55,129 nucleotides of DNA. Origin: a virus. Taxonomy: Duplodnaviria; Caudoviricetes. Location: the IMG/VR virus record IMGVR_UViG_3300042882_000260, positions 1-55,129 of that record; one strand, 5' to 3'. The notes under the pieces are model-generated. The model ran no database searches. It worked only from the letters and a program-made list of their open reading frames with translations, and had not been told where the DNA came from. The position numbers and the translations under genes are program-made. Shown here piece after piece: positions 28,374-37,249 of the stretch. How positions within the stretch are numbered: the first letter of the stretch is position 1; each line of letters begins with the position of its first letter.

Positions 28374-29481
28374 AGTCATTTTTACTGACGTTGACCGGCG
28401 GACGCTTGTCTGACTCAGGCACTAGCGTTGGTGCGCCCTCTGGCTTGGTGACCAGGTCGTCCAGCAGCTCAGCGCGTGACTTGCCCAGCTCCTTCTCGGC
28501 CTGCGCCGGTGAGATAATCTTGCGCGTGTAGAGCGTGTCCTCGCCTAGCACGTCACGCAGTGCGGCCGCTGTCGCTACCTCGTCACGCCACGCGCGGTTG
28601 GCCCTACCGGCTACCAGCTTGTACCCGTTGAACCCTTGGCCGCTGCTTAGTCGGTCGGTCACCAAGGTCTCGACGGCGTCGAACCATGAGACGATTAGCT
28701 TCTTATTGTCTAGCGCTGTCTTAAGCTGCTCGTCTGTCAGCTGCTCCGGCTTGCTGGTGTCCAGGTTATCGAACGAGGTCATCAGCGTGCTCTCGGTTAG
28801 CTTGGCTAGCGCTGGGCAGGTGGCCTTAGCTCGACACCACTGACACTGTTTCTCACCTGGCACTCTTGGCGCGTTCTCGCTCAAGGCTAGCTCGGCCGCC
28901 TGCTTTAGGCGCTCACCCCAACGGTTAAGCTCGTCGATGCCGATGGTCCACTCTGAGATGTGATCGAGGCGCGGCTGCACAATAACTATATTAATAGTCT
29001 TGATGTTGAACAGCATGCCGTAGTCGTTCACCGCACCGAGGGCGTACAGTATGCCCTGCGTGTTGTTCTCGGCGTCAACGCGCACACCCTTGCCGTACTT
29101 AAGGTCAACGATGGTCATGGTCTCGTCGTTGATCACGATGGCGTCACTGGTGCCGAACCCCTCTGGCGCGATGTGACTGAAGTCCACGCGCTGCTCGATG
29201 AATAGCTCGCCGCTGATTGAGTTGACGTAGCTGACGTAAGTCATAACGTAGTCGTACATGTCTTGGGTGACGACCACGTTGCTCTCTAACAGCGTTTCGC
29301 CAATTACGTTATTCCAACTGTCGCCTCGCAGCAGCATCTCAGCTAGCTCGTGCGCGGCCGTGCCCTCTTCAGCAAAGACCGAGGTTGTGTTGGGGAAGTC
29401 CTTCTCGGCGAACACGCTGCCGGCACAGAGGGACCACTTCGCGCTACCGCTAGCGCTTAGCTTTGCGTGGGCGGTGCTCAT
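28357..29481 (-). CDS. DUF2800 Cas4-like exonuclease
   Basis: HAKLSAS..W..C, EGTAAH, GTSD, DLKYGKG, CQWCRAKATC. Confidence 0.88.
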   Translation of the reverse strand: MSTAHAKLSASGSAKWSLCAGSVFAEKDFPNTTSVFAEEGTAAHELAEMLLRGDSWNNVIGETLLESNVVVTQDMYDYVMTYVSYVNSISGELFIEQRVDFSHIAPEGFGTSDAIVINDETMTIVDLKYGKGVRVDAENNTQGILYALGAVNDYGMLFNIKTINIVIVQPRLDHISEWTIGIDELNRWGERLKQAAELALSENAPRVPGEKQCQWCRAKATCPALAKLTESTLMTSFDNLDTSKPEQLTDEQLKTALDNKKLIVSWFDAVETLVTDRLSSGQGFNGYKLVAGRANRAWRDEVATAAALRDVLGEDTLYTRKIISPAQAEKELGKSRAELLDDLVTKPEGAPTLVPESDKRPPVNVSKNDFDLIN

Positions 29482-29861
29482 GATCCAAGCGCCAATAGTT
29501 GCTTAGCCAATGACGGTAGCTTGTCGGCTGAGACGTCGCTTACCAAAGTGGCGCCGAAGCTAGAGATCACTGCCTTAATCTTGTCTCTGTTCGCTGGGTC
29601 CTTGCGCACTAGGTCCAAGCACAGCGCCTTTAGCTTGTCGTGCGTTTGCTCTGGTGACTCTTCAACCTTCTCGGCTGCCGGCGGATCGTTCTGTACAACC
29701 TTAAGCTCGGCCTTAGGCTTCTTAGGTGCCGGGGCCGTTAGCTCTACCTCGTAGACGGTCTCGGTCGGTGCCGGTGTGACGCTGGCGGTCGTAACGTCTA
29801 GCGCTGCAGTAAGGCGGTGGATGGCTAGGGTTAGCTCTTTGATGTTATCTTCTAGTGACAT
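29478..29861 (-). CDS. Hypothetical replication-module protein
   Basis: MSLEDNIKEL start, Pro/Ala linker, small helical C-domain; SD AAGGA. Confidence 0.7.
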   Translation of the reverse strand: MSLEDNIKELTLAIHRLTAALDVTTASVTPAPTETVYEVELTAPAPKKPKAELKVVQNDPPAAEKVEESPEQTHDKLKALCLDLVRKDPANRDKIKAVISSFGATLVSDVSADKLPSLAKQLLALGS

Positions 29862-29892
29862 TTTGATTTTCCTTTTAGTTTTAAGTGATGTG

Positions 29893-29936
29893 TTGCAAAA
29901 TAATATTACCACAGCTAATATTACTTGTGCTAATAT
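29893..29936 (+). promoter_or_regulatory. Divergent control region: cro promoter and two tandem operators
   Basis: TTGCAA-17bp-TAATAT; ATATTAC-N4-GCTAATAT at 29903-29921 and 29918-29936. Confidence 0.7.
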
Positions 29937-29966
29937 ATTTGCGTATTCAACTAAAGGGTAATCATA

Positions 29967-30170
29967 ATGAGTAAGTTAGTAGAGCTGGTCGCGTACTTCG
30001 GTACGCAGGATAAGATGGCCGACGCGCTAGAGGTAACGCAGGGCGCCGTCAGTCAGTGGATCGCTACGGGTGGCTTGCCTGCCCGTCGAGCGATTGAGAT
30101 TGAACGCATCACTAAGGGCCGCTTTAAGGCGCTGGATATTGTAGCACCTAGCGAGTCAGCGGACCTATAA
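29967..30170 (+). CDS. Cro-like (YdaS-type) HTH regulator
   Basis: YFGTQDKMADALEVTQGAVSQW...IERITKG. Confidence 0.88.
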   Translation: MSKLVELVAYFGTQDKMADALEVTQGAVSQWIATGGLPARRAIEIERITKGRFKALDIVAPSESADL

Positions 30171-30196
30171 AAACAATTAATAGATTGGACACTCCA

Positions 30197-32644
30197 ATGA
30201 AAACATACAATCTCTCGATTGGTAAGACAGAATCGAGTAACAAGGTCGTCACCGTCGTTCGCGGTTGGCAACATATAATGAAGCAGCTATCGACTCACAC
30301 GGTTGCGGCTAAGAAGGGCGGCAAGTACCTGGTCGGTGGATACTACAGCGGTGACGTGCGCAAGGAAGAGTTCATGGTCGCGCGTACGCTGATGGTGCTA
30401 GACATCGACGGCTACGTTGGCTCGATCGAGGACCTGGCGTTTGACTTAGAGATAAGCATCCCCGGCACCTTCGTCGCCTACTCAAGTCATCGTCACGATA
30501 ACAAGAAGCCCCGCATCCGCGTCGTGCTCCCGCTCAGCCGTGAGGTCACGCCTGACGAGTACCGCGCCTTAGCGATTAACTTCATGCTTAACACGACCAT
30601 CCCGTTCGAGGCCTTCGACAAGTGCTCGTCCGTGCCTAACCAGGCGATGTTCTTGCCGCAGCACCCTGAGGGCGGTGACCACTGGACCATGACGCAGGAG
30701 GGCGACGAGCTGCTCGTGCCTGACGTCATCCCTGGTGTCGAGAGACACGTCACGGTCGACTCTTCCGACGACGGGCTCGATGAGCTCAGCGCCGCGTTAG
30801 CCAACCAGCCGCTCGACATCACACCTGAGATGGTCGACGCCTACCTGTCCGCGCTCGACCCTACCCAGGCCCCGTACGACACTTGGGTCAAGGTAGGGAT
30901 GGCGCTCTTTCATCAGTTCCAGGGCTCGGCCGCAGGCTTTGAGCGTTGGGTCGCCTGGTCCAGCGCCGACAGTGAGCGGTTCGATGACGCAGAGATGGCT
31001 CCCAAGTGGCAGTCGTTCGGTGGCTCCGAGTCACCCATCACGTTCGCCTCTATCATGCACTGGGTCAAAGAGGCCGGCGGCGTCGTGGCTGTGGATAACA
31101 TGTTCGAGTCCTTGCTGCTTGAGGCCTCGAAGGTCGCTACCTTCGACGAGTACCAGCTCTTCAAGGACAAGATCACCGCCATGAGCGACCACGTGCTGCC
31201 ACCGGTCTACCGGTCCGGTGTCGTGAGTGAGCTCGCTGACCACTTCGGTAAGATTAACAAGGTCGCCAAGGGTGCCATCACCAAAGAGATGCAGGCCTCA
31301 CGCGTCGCTAGGGCTAACACCGTCGTGCAGCCAGACTGGCTGGACCCTTGGGTCTACGTCGAGAACACCTGCTCGTTCGCTAACGCTGACGTGGCCGACT
31401 ACATGATCAAGCGCGAGGCCTTCAACGCTAAGTTCGACCGCGAGCCTGAGTGCGTGGCCGCCGAGCGTCAGGCCTCACAGCTTGCGCTGGTTAACTACGA
31501 CCTACAGACCGTGGTGGACGTTATGTTCTTCCCCGCTGCCGGCAAGTTCTTCACGTACGAGCACAAGCGCATGATGAACTCGTACTCACCCAAGGGCGTC
31601 AGCGCGTGTGATGTTATCGACGACGACGGTCAGATGGTGGTCGACATGTTCTTGAAGCACGTCGCCTTCACGCTTGAGTCGCAGTACGAGCAGGACCTCT
31701 TCCTAGACTGGATGGCCTACATCTATCAGAACCCAGGCAAGCGCGTGGGCTGGGCGATGCTGCTGCAGGGCGCACCTGGTACCGGCAAGAGCTACTTCGG
31801 TAACGTCTTCGAGGAGCTGCTCGGCAGCAACGTCCGGTCGCTGGACACGCAGGCCATCTCTGGTCGATTCACCGGCTGGGCTCACGGCTCTATCGTGACG
31901 GTCGTCGAAGAGATCCGCATCGCCGGCACGAACAAGTACGAGATCCTGGACAAGTTGAAGCCGATCATATCGAACTCGACCATACAGATCGAGGAGAAGG
32001 GTCGCGACCATCGGACCGTGCCTAACTTCACGTCGTACTTGCTGCTGACCAACCACAAGGACGCCGTGCCCTTGGGCGATGGTGAGCGCCGCTATTGCGC
32101 TATGTTCTCTAGGATACAGAGCGAGGAGGAGTTGTTCGACGCCTTCGGTGGCCGTGAGAAGGCCCGCGAGTACTTCGACGACCTGTTCGCTAACACGCGT
32201 CGTCGTCCAGACGCTATCGCTAGGTTCTTGCTTAACAGGAAGATTGCCGACAGCTTTGATCCTAGCGGACGTGCGCCGGACACCGGGGCCAAGCGCGAGA
32301 TGAAAGCCTTGAGCGTGTCGCCTGATTGGGATCTAATCGACGACGCTATCAGTAACAACAACTGCGAGGTTATTAACGATAAGATTGTTGATGTTACCTG
32401 GATGAATAAGGTTGTCTTGGGCCAGGGTGGTGAGCTACCTAAGAATAGGACGGCCTCTATTATCTTGTCTGAGATGGGGTACTCACCCATCCCTGGACGC
32501 AAGATTAAGATCTACAACGATGGGCATCATTATGTGTGGATTAGGGGCGCGGTCGATGACCCACGAGTGACGGAGGTAAAAAACATCGTGCGAGACTTTC
32601 ACAGCAACAAAAGTGGTGGATTTTTAGAAAAGGTAGAATTCTAA
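30197..32644 (+). CDS. Primase-helicase (AEP-like, PriCT-2, SF3-type ATPase)
   Basis: LDID, SSHRH, WVKVGMAL...W..WS, Walker A GAPGTGKS, VVEE, TNH. Confidence 0.88.
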   Translation: MKTYNLSIGKTESSNKVVTVVRGWQHIMKQLSTHTVAAKKGGKYLVGGYYSGDVRKEEFMVARTLMVLDIDGYVGSIEDLAFDLEISIPGTFVAYSSHRHDNKKPRIRVVLPLSREVTPDEYRALAINFMLNTTIPFEAFDKCSSVPNQAMFLPQHPEGGDHWTMTQEGDELLVPDVIPGVERHVTVDSSDDGLDELSAALANQPLDITPEMVDAYLSALDPTQAPYDTWVKVGMALFHQFQGSAAGFERWVAWSSADSERFDDAEMAPKWQSFGGSESPITFASIMHWVKEAGGVVAVDNMFESLLLEASKVATFDEYQLFKDKITAMSDHVLPPVYRSGVVSELADHFGKINKVAKGAITKEMQASRVARANTVVQPDWLDPWVYVENTCSFANADVADYMIKREAFNAKFDREPECVAAERQASQLALVNYDLQTVVDVMFFPAAGKFFTYEHKRMMNSYSPKGVSACDVIDDDGQMVVDMFLKHVAFTLESQYEQDLFLDWMAYIYQNPGKRVGWAMLLQGAPGTGKSYFGNVFEELLGSNVRSLDTQAISGRFTGWAHGSIVTVVEEIRIAGTNKYEILDKLKPIISNSTIQIEEKGRDHRTVPNFTSYLLLTNHKDAVPLGDGERRYCAMFSRIQSEEELFDAFGGREKAREYFDDLFANTRRRPDAIARFLLNRKIADSFDPSGRAPDTGAKREMKALSVSPDWDLIDDAISNNNCEVINDKIVDVTWMNKVVLGQGGELPKNRTASIILSEMGYSPIPGRKIKIYNDGHHYVWIRGAVDDPRVTEVKNIVRDFHSNKSGGFLEKVEF

Positions 32645-32646
32645 GT

Positions 32647-32676
32647 AAAAAGGGCGCAGTGACCGCGCCCTTTTTT
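32647..32676. terminator. Bidirectional intrinsic terminator
   Basis: AAAAA GGGCGC-N7-GCGCCC TTTTTT between convergent genes. Confidence 0.8.
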
Positions 32677-32876
32677 GCAACTGCGCCCCTAACCGCGCCC
32701 CTATTTAATTCTTTGTTTTTACTATATATTTTTTATTTTAGATATCGGTTATCAGTTAAATAGTAAAAAGTATTCATATGAGAAATGAGTGTGTATATTT
32801 TAGAGTTGGTACACACATAAAACACACACACATTACACATTTAAGTAGTATAAGAATAACCGAGCACCGCACCCCT
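32652..32876. other. Candidate replication origin
   Basis: Five AC[CT]GC[GA]CCC iterons flanking a very AT-rich tract directly after primase-helicase. Confidence 0.5.
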
Positions 32877-33078
32877 AGTTAAAGTTCTTCTGCTTTAATG
32901 CTTGTTCAATAGCGAGAATAAATTTTGCAAGCAATGGTATTTCAACATGATGCAAGCCATCAAAAACTGCAAGCCTACCTATCTCATCATCCGTTAATCC
33001 TTGCCATTTGCGATTAACTAATTTTTCCCATTGTTCATCTTGCTCTACTCGCATCTTTAATGCTTCGTCTTTGGTCAT
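32875..33078 (-). CDS. Hypothetical protein
   Basis: WQGLTDDEI...AIEQALKQKN pattern. Confidence 0.65.
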   Translation of the reverse strand: MTKDEALKMRVEQDEQWEKLVNRKWQGLTDDEIGRLAVFDGLHHVEIPLLAKFILAIEQALKQKNFN

Positions 33079-33088
33079 GATGTATTTC

Positions 33089-33301
33089 CTAGTGTGTAAG
33101 GGGAGGGGTGATGAATCCGGCCTCGATCAGTTCGTTGGCTGCACGGCCGTACCAACCTTGCAGCTGCCAGCATAGGCCGGTGTCGAGTAGGTACTGCCAG
33201 GCTGAGATGATTGTGTCCTGATCGTGTTCTTCGCCGTCGAAGCCCTCCACGCACGCTGAGGCGTCGTAGGGCGTCCAAGTTGTTTGTGTTGATGTAGTCA
33301 T
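33089..33301 (-). CDS. Hypothetical early protein
   Basis: WQYLLDTGLCWQLQGWYGRAANELIEAG; SD AAGGGAG. Confidence 0.7.
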   Translation of the reverse strand: MTTSTQTTWTPYDASACVEGFDGEEHDQDTIISAWQYLLDTGLCWQLQGWYGRAANELIEAGFITPPLTH

Positions 33302-33302
33302 G

Positions 33303-33614
33303 TTAGTTTCTCCCTTGTGAGTTGGATTCTTGTTTTCTTAGTTCAAAGGCTGGGCACCATCCGCCAGCCGTGCTGCGTGTGTCTGTAAAGTAAAGTGTGT
33401 ACTCTGGCTCACCTTCAATTGACAGTGAGCTTGAGCGAATGCCTTTTTTAATTAGATTAAGTTTACGCAAGGCGCTGATCAGTTTCTTGTTGTCTGATAG
33501 TGAGTCGTCACTAAGCACGATGTCTTTCTCAGCCACCCAGGCGTCGTTAACCTCGAAGCCGTCTTTCTTGTTGCCCCAGACGTCGTAAACAACCAATGAA
33601 TAATAATTTGTCAT
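33303..33614 (-). CDS. Hypothetical early protein
   Basis: DVWGNKKDGFEVND; SD AGGAG. Confidence 0.7.
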   Translation of the reverse strand: MTNYYSLVVYDVWGNKKDGFEVNDAWVAEKDIVLSDDSLSDNKKLISALRKLNLIKKGIRSSSLSIEGEPEYTLYFTDTRSTAGGWCPAFELRKQESNSQGRN

Positions 33615-33624
33615 GTCAATTCTC

Positions 33625-33777
33625 CTAAATAATCAGTTCTGTTAAGTTTGTTGGGGTGATTAGCTTCTTAAACGATTCTTTGTCCTCTGGCCACTGCGCA
33701 GCAAGACAAAACGCGTCGTGTTCTTTTTCAGTCAGCTGCAAGACCACGACCTTCTCTGTTTTAGTTTCTTCGTTCAT
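33625..33777 (-). CDS. Hypothetical protein (50 aa), not in ORF track
   Basis: SD AAGGGG; fills operon gap. Confidence 0.5.
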   Translation of the reverse strand: MNEETKTEKVVVLQLTEKEHDAFCLAAQWPEDKESFKKLITPTNLTELII

Positions 33778-33787
33778 GTCGATCCCC

Positions 33788-34072
33788 TTAGCGTGAAGTT
33801 ACTTTTAAAGTGATCACTGCTGTTACCTTGGTGTACTTAGCGATTAACTCAGCTGGTACGTCGGCAGCGATGAAGACCGCCTTGTTGTCGACTGTCTTTC
33901 TTTCTGAAAGAGTCACAACACCACGGAAGAGGTCACCCTCGATAACACCTTCGTTTGATTTAAGATCGTTCTTGATGATCTCGGCCTGTGCCTCAAGGTC
34001 AGCGATTTGAGCTAACAAGATGCCTAGTTGGTCAATTTGAGTTGTTGCTTGAAGTTTAGCTAGATTTGTCAT
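33788..34072 (-). CDS. Hypothetical early protein
   Basis: First gene behind promoter copy 2; SD AAGGA. Confidence 0.7.
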   Translation of the reverse strand: MTNLAKLQATTQIDQLGILLAQIADLEAQAEIIKNDLKSNEGVIEGDLFRGVVTLSERKTVDNKAVFIAADVPAELIAKYTKVTAVITLKVTSR

Positions 34073-34093
34073 TTTATTTAGTCCTTTTAGTTT

Positions 34094-34157
34094 TATTGTG
34101 TTGTCCTACCACAGAAGTCATTATACAGAGTGTTGAGAGAAACGCAACACTTATTTT
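34094..34157 (-). promoter_or_regulatory. Early promoter/operator element, copy 2
   Basis: TTGCGT-16bp-TATAAT; palindrome 34129-34151. Confidence 0.8.
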
Positions 34158-34160
34158 CAA

Positions 34161-34424
34161 TTAATTTACATAAATTAAAACTGTACCGCTATCGTACCAT
34201 TCAGAGTGTAGGCCTATCTTGTGTAGGTACTCAAACAACTCTGGGTGCACGCCCATCGTGTCACGAAAGCCGTAGTAGTCGAACGCGTAGTTGCCGTTGA
34301 TCTCTGAGCCCTCGCCGGACCATAGCGCGTTCGTGCTGCCATTAAAGTCCTCGCCGTCTTTTAGCCACACGCCAGGGAAACGGTTAGTGATTTGGTTTGC
34401 TTTTCTTTTTAGTTTGCTGTTCAT
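34161..34424 (-). CDS. Hypothetical early protein
   Basis: SD AAGGAG; GVHP...GLHSEWYDSGT. Confidence 0.7.
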   Translation of the reverse strand: MNSKLKRKANQITNRFPGVWLKDGEDFNGSTNALWSGEGSEINGNYAFDYYGFRDTMGVHPELFEYLHKIGLHSEWYDSGTVLIYVN

Positions 34425-34439
34425 TTTAATCTCCTTGAG

Positions 34440-34457
34440 TAGGGCCCGAAGGCCCTA
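34440..34457 (-). other. cUUCGg hairpin between early genes
   Basis: TAGGGCC-TTCG-GGCCCTA on minus strand, no U-tract, adjacent to SD. Confidence 0.6.
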
Positions 34458-34462
34458 TTTAA

Positions 34463-34645
34463 TTAATCGTCGTAATCGTCTTCTGGGTGACCCTGATCTG
34501 GGCCTGTGTAGTGTGGGTTGCGTTCCCAGGTGTCGTACGGTGAAAGAATCCATTGTTGATCAGCTCTTTCGGCGCCGTAAACGTAAGTGTATTGATCCAC
34601 TCGATCTTGTTCGGTACCGTAGTTTGTGTATTCATCTTCGTTCAT
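34463..34645 (-). CDS. Small acidic early protein
   Basis: WILSPYDTWERNPHYTGP..HPE; first gene behind promoter copy 3. Confidence 0.7.
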   Translation of the reverse strand: MNEDEYTNYGTEQDRVDQYTYVYGAERADQQWILSPYDTWERNPHYTGPDQGHPEDDYDD

Positions 34646-34666
34646 TTTGTTTAGTCCTTTTAGTTT

Positions 34667-34730
34667 TATTGTGTTGCCCAACCACAGAAACGATTATACG
34701 GAGTGTTGAGAAAAACGCAACACTTATTTT
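34667..34730 (-). promoter_or_regulatory. Early promoter/operator element, copy 3
   Basis: TTGCGT-16bp-TATAAT; palindrome 34702-34724. Confidence 0.8.
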
Positions 34731-34808
34731 CAATTATTTTTAATTATTTTTAACGATGACACTATCATTGGGTTTCAAGGCTAATTTTATTTAAAATGCT
34801 TTTGTATG

Positions 34809-34837
34809 TTGAGTAAAACGCACAACTAGTTTAGACT
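34809..34837 (+). promoter_or_regulatory. Rightward promoter for HTH-terminase operon
   Basis: TTGAGT-17bp-TAGACT, overlapping a degenerate operator TGTTGAGTAAAACGCAC. Confidence 0.6.
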
Positions 34838-34866
34838 ACTCGCTGTTGAATATTATTGGAACGCAA

Positions 34867-35121
34867 ATGGGCAACGAAGAGTACAGTCACCTGATGAACA
34901 AAAAGCCGGCGGCCACGGTCCTAGCTAAGTTCAAGAGCAATCGCTCACTGGCCAAGAAGCTTGGTATCAGTCCGAGCACGATCACTCGATGGACTTATCC
35001 TAAGATCATGAAGGGCACAGACGGTCACATCCCGCAGAAGTACTGGATAGAGATTATGCACATCGCAAGGCGAGAAGGGTTTACACTTACGATTGAACAT
35101 TTGTCAGGGTTACGCGCATGA
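34867..35121 (+). CDS. Cro-like HTH regulator (start uncertain)
   Basis: SNRSLAKKLGISPSTITRW...GHIPQKYW. Confidence 0.8.
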   Translation: MGNEEYSHLMNKKPAATVLAKFKSNRSLAKKLGISPSTITRWTYPKIMKGTDGHIPQKYWIEIMHIARREGFTLTIEHLSGLRA

Positions 35122-35651
35122 GTGAAGTAAGTGAGCCACGTGAGAGAGCATCAACGGCGCTAATGCCGAGCGGTCTAACGGCCCAGGAAGAGATCTTCTG
35201 TCAGAACATAGTGAGGGGCAACAACCAGTCAGACGCTTTCAGAGCGGCCTACGACACTAGTAGCTACAAAGAAGCGTCTATACATCGCTCTGCAAAAGCC
35301 ATCATGGACAAAATCAAGATTAAATCAAGGATCGCGGAGTTGCGCGCTCCTGTGATCAAGAAGGTGCAGATCACGCTCGAAGATCACCTGATTAAGTTGG
35401 GCCAGCTGAGTGACCTCGCTGCAGCCAAGGATCAGTACTCTGCTGCGATTAATGGCGAGATGCTGCGAGGTAAGGTCAGTGGCCTCTACGTTGATAAGAT
35501 CGAGAGCAAGAACATTAACCTGAACGGCTCGCTAGCTAGTGAGATCAAGCTGAGCCGCTTAACTGACGACGAGCTAGCCGAGTACCTCAGACTAACCGCG
35601 AAGGCCTCAGACGAGAGCCTAGACGGTCTTAAGGTGGTGACCGACGTATGA
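35118..35651 (+). CDS. terS: Terminase small subunit
   Basis: LTAQEEIFC...NQSDAFRAAY...; directly upstream of terL. Confidence 0.85.
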   Translation: MSEVSEPRERASTALMPSGLTAQEEIFCQNIVRGNNQSDAFRAAYDTSSYKEASIHRSAKAIMDKIKIKSRIAELRAPVIKKVQITLEDHLIKLGQLSDLAAAKDQYSAAINGEMLRGKVSGLYVDKIESKNINLNGSLASEIKLSRLTDDELAEYLRLTAKASDESLDGLKVVTDV

Positions 35652-37189
35652 TTGACATGTCCAACGTGATACCGCTGCGAGCTATCCAGCTTGAGCACGA
35701 CAGGCGCCGCGCTGAGCGCTCACTTAGCGAGTTCACTAAGATGGCCTGGCACGTCATCGAGCCTGGCACGCCTTACATCGGCAACTGGCACCTCGATACC
35801 ATCTCTGAGCACCTGGAGGCCGTCACGAAGGGCGAGATACGCAACCTGCTCATCAACGTGCCACCTCGGCACATGAAGTCGATACAGGTCGCTGTGATGT
35901 GGCCGGTGTGGGTGTGGATGACGCAGCCGCAGTTCCGATGGCTGTTCGCCTCGTACGCTATCAGCCTGTCTGTGCGTGACTCACTCAAGTGCCGCCGACT
36001 GATCGAGTCGCCCTGGTTCCAAGAGCGCTGGGGCCACCGGTTCGCGTTGACCGGCGACCAGAACGCTAAGACCTTCTTCGAGAACGACAAGTCCGGCTAC
36101 CGGTTCGCGACCTCGGTCGGCGCGTCGACCACTGGCCACGGCGGTGACGTGCTGGTTGTCGATGACCCGCACAACTCGATGGAGGCGCAGTCAGACACGA
36201 TGCGCGAGTCCACGCTTGAGTGGTGGGACCAGGCGATGAGTACGCGGCTCAACAACCCTAAGACCGGCTGCAAGGTGATCGTGATGCAGCGGCTGCACGA
36301 GAACGACCTCTCTGGTCACGTGCTCAGGCAGGGCGGCTGGGATCACCTCTGCCTGCCGGCTCAGTTCGAGAAGGGCAGACGCAGCAAGACCACGCTGGGC
36401 AACTACGACCCACGCACCGAGGACGGCGAGCTGCTGTGGAAGGGCCGCTTCGGCATGAAAGAGATCGACGAGCTCAAGGTGCAGCTAGGTGAGTACGGCA
36501 CATCGGGCCAGCTGCAGCAACGCCCGTCACCGGCCGCTGGTGGTATCATCAAGCGCGACTGGTTCAAGCTGCTGCCGGCAGACGAGCCGTTGCCTAAGCT
36601 CATGTACGTTGTGCAGTCCTACGACACGGCCTTCACCGAGAAGACACAGAACGACCCAACGGCCTGCAGCACCTGGGGCGTGTTCAATCACGCCAAGGGT
36701 AAGTCGGTCGTGCTGCTTGACTGCTGGAAGGAGCACCTCGGTTACCCTGACCTGCGTAAGAAGATGGGCGACGAGTACCGGTCTAAGTACGGCGACAAGG
36801 ACAAGACGGTCGACGTGGTGCTGATCGAGGAGAAGGGGTCAGGCATTAGCTTGATGCAAGACCTGCGACGCAGCGGCGTGCCCTGTCACCCGTACAACCC
36901 AGGGCGAGCGGACAAGGTCACACGTGTCCACGCGGTCGCGCCCTTGCTTGAGTCTGGCCTCGTGTACTTGCCTGAGTCGAAGAAGAACCCAGGCCGCGCA
37001 CCAGCGTGGACAGACGCGATGATGCACGAGCTGATGATTTTCCCTAACGGCGAGCACGACGACATGGTCGACAGCATGACGCAGGCGCTAATCTACTTGC
37101 GTGACACGCGCATGCTGAGCATCGACGGCAACCAGGTTGAGTACGGACAAGCGCCACCAAAAGAAAGAAGCAATCCGTACGCTGCGTAG
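35648..37189 (+). CDS. terL: Terminase large subunit
   Basis: NVPPRHMKS, VVDDPH, QLQQRP, SYDTA, IEEKGSG, HDDMVDSMTQA. Confidence 0.95.
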   Translation: MIDMSNVIPLRAIQLEHDRRRAERSLSEFTKMAWHVIEPGTPYIGNWHLDTISEHLEAVTKGEIRNLLINVPPRHMKSIQVAVMWPVWVWMTQPQFRWLFASYAISLSVRDSLKCRRLIESPWFQERWGHRFALTGDQNAKTFFENDKSGYRFATSVGASTTGHGGDVLVVDDPHNSMEAQSDTMRESTLEWWDQAMSTRLNNPKTGCKVIVMQRLHENDLSGHVLRQGGWDHLCLPAQFEKGRRSKTTLGNYDPRTEDGELLWKGRFGMKEIDELKVQLGEYGTSGQLQQRPSPAAGGIIKRDWFKLLPADEPLPKLMYVVQSYDTAFTEKTQNDPTACSTWGVFNHAKGKSVVLLDCWKEHLGYPDLRKKMGDEYRSKYGDKDKTVDVVLIEEKGSGISLMQDLRRSGVPCHPYNPGRADKVTRVHAVAPLLESGLVYLPESKKNPGRAPAWTDAMMHELMIFPNGEHDDMVDSMTQALIYLRDTRMLSIDGNQVEYGQAPPKERSNPYAA

Positions 37190-37218
37190 TTGTATTTTAA
37201 TTAATACTGGGTTAAAAT
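37190..37218 (+). promoter_or_regulatory. Promoter for polyvalent protein/portal operon
   Basis: TTGTAT-17bp-TAAAAT. Confidence 0.65.
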
Positions 37219-37249
37219 CGCGCAAAGCCAATCCTTTTTAGGGAATGCT

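Noticed and set aside
28357-29481. Cas4 as evidence of a CRISPR system
   Set aside because: DUF2800-type exonuclease in its usual SSB/polymerase context
24229-32502. Many antisense and alternate-frame ORFs in the GC-rich block
   Set aside because: Expected from GC3 bias and stop-codon scarcity; no motifs or RBS
29967-35121. Lysogeny switch
   Set aside because: Only Cro-sized HTH proteins; no CI with peptidase domain, integrase or partition genes seen
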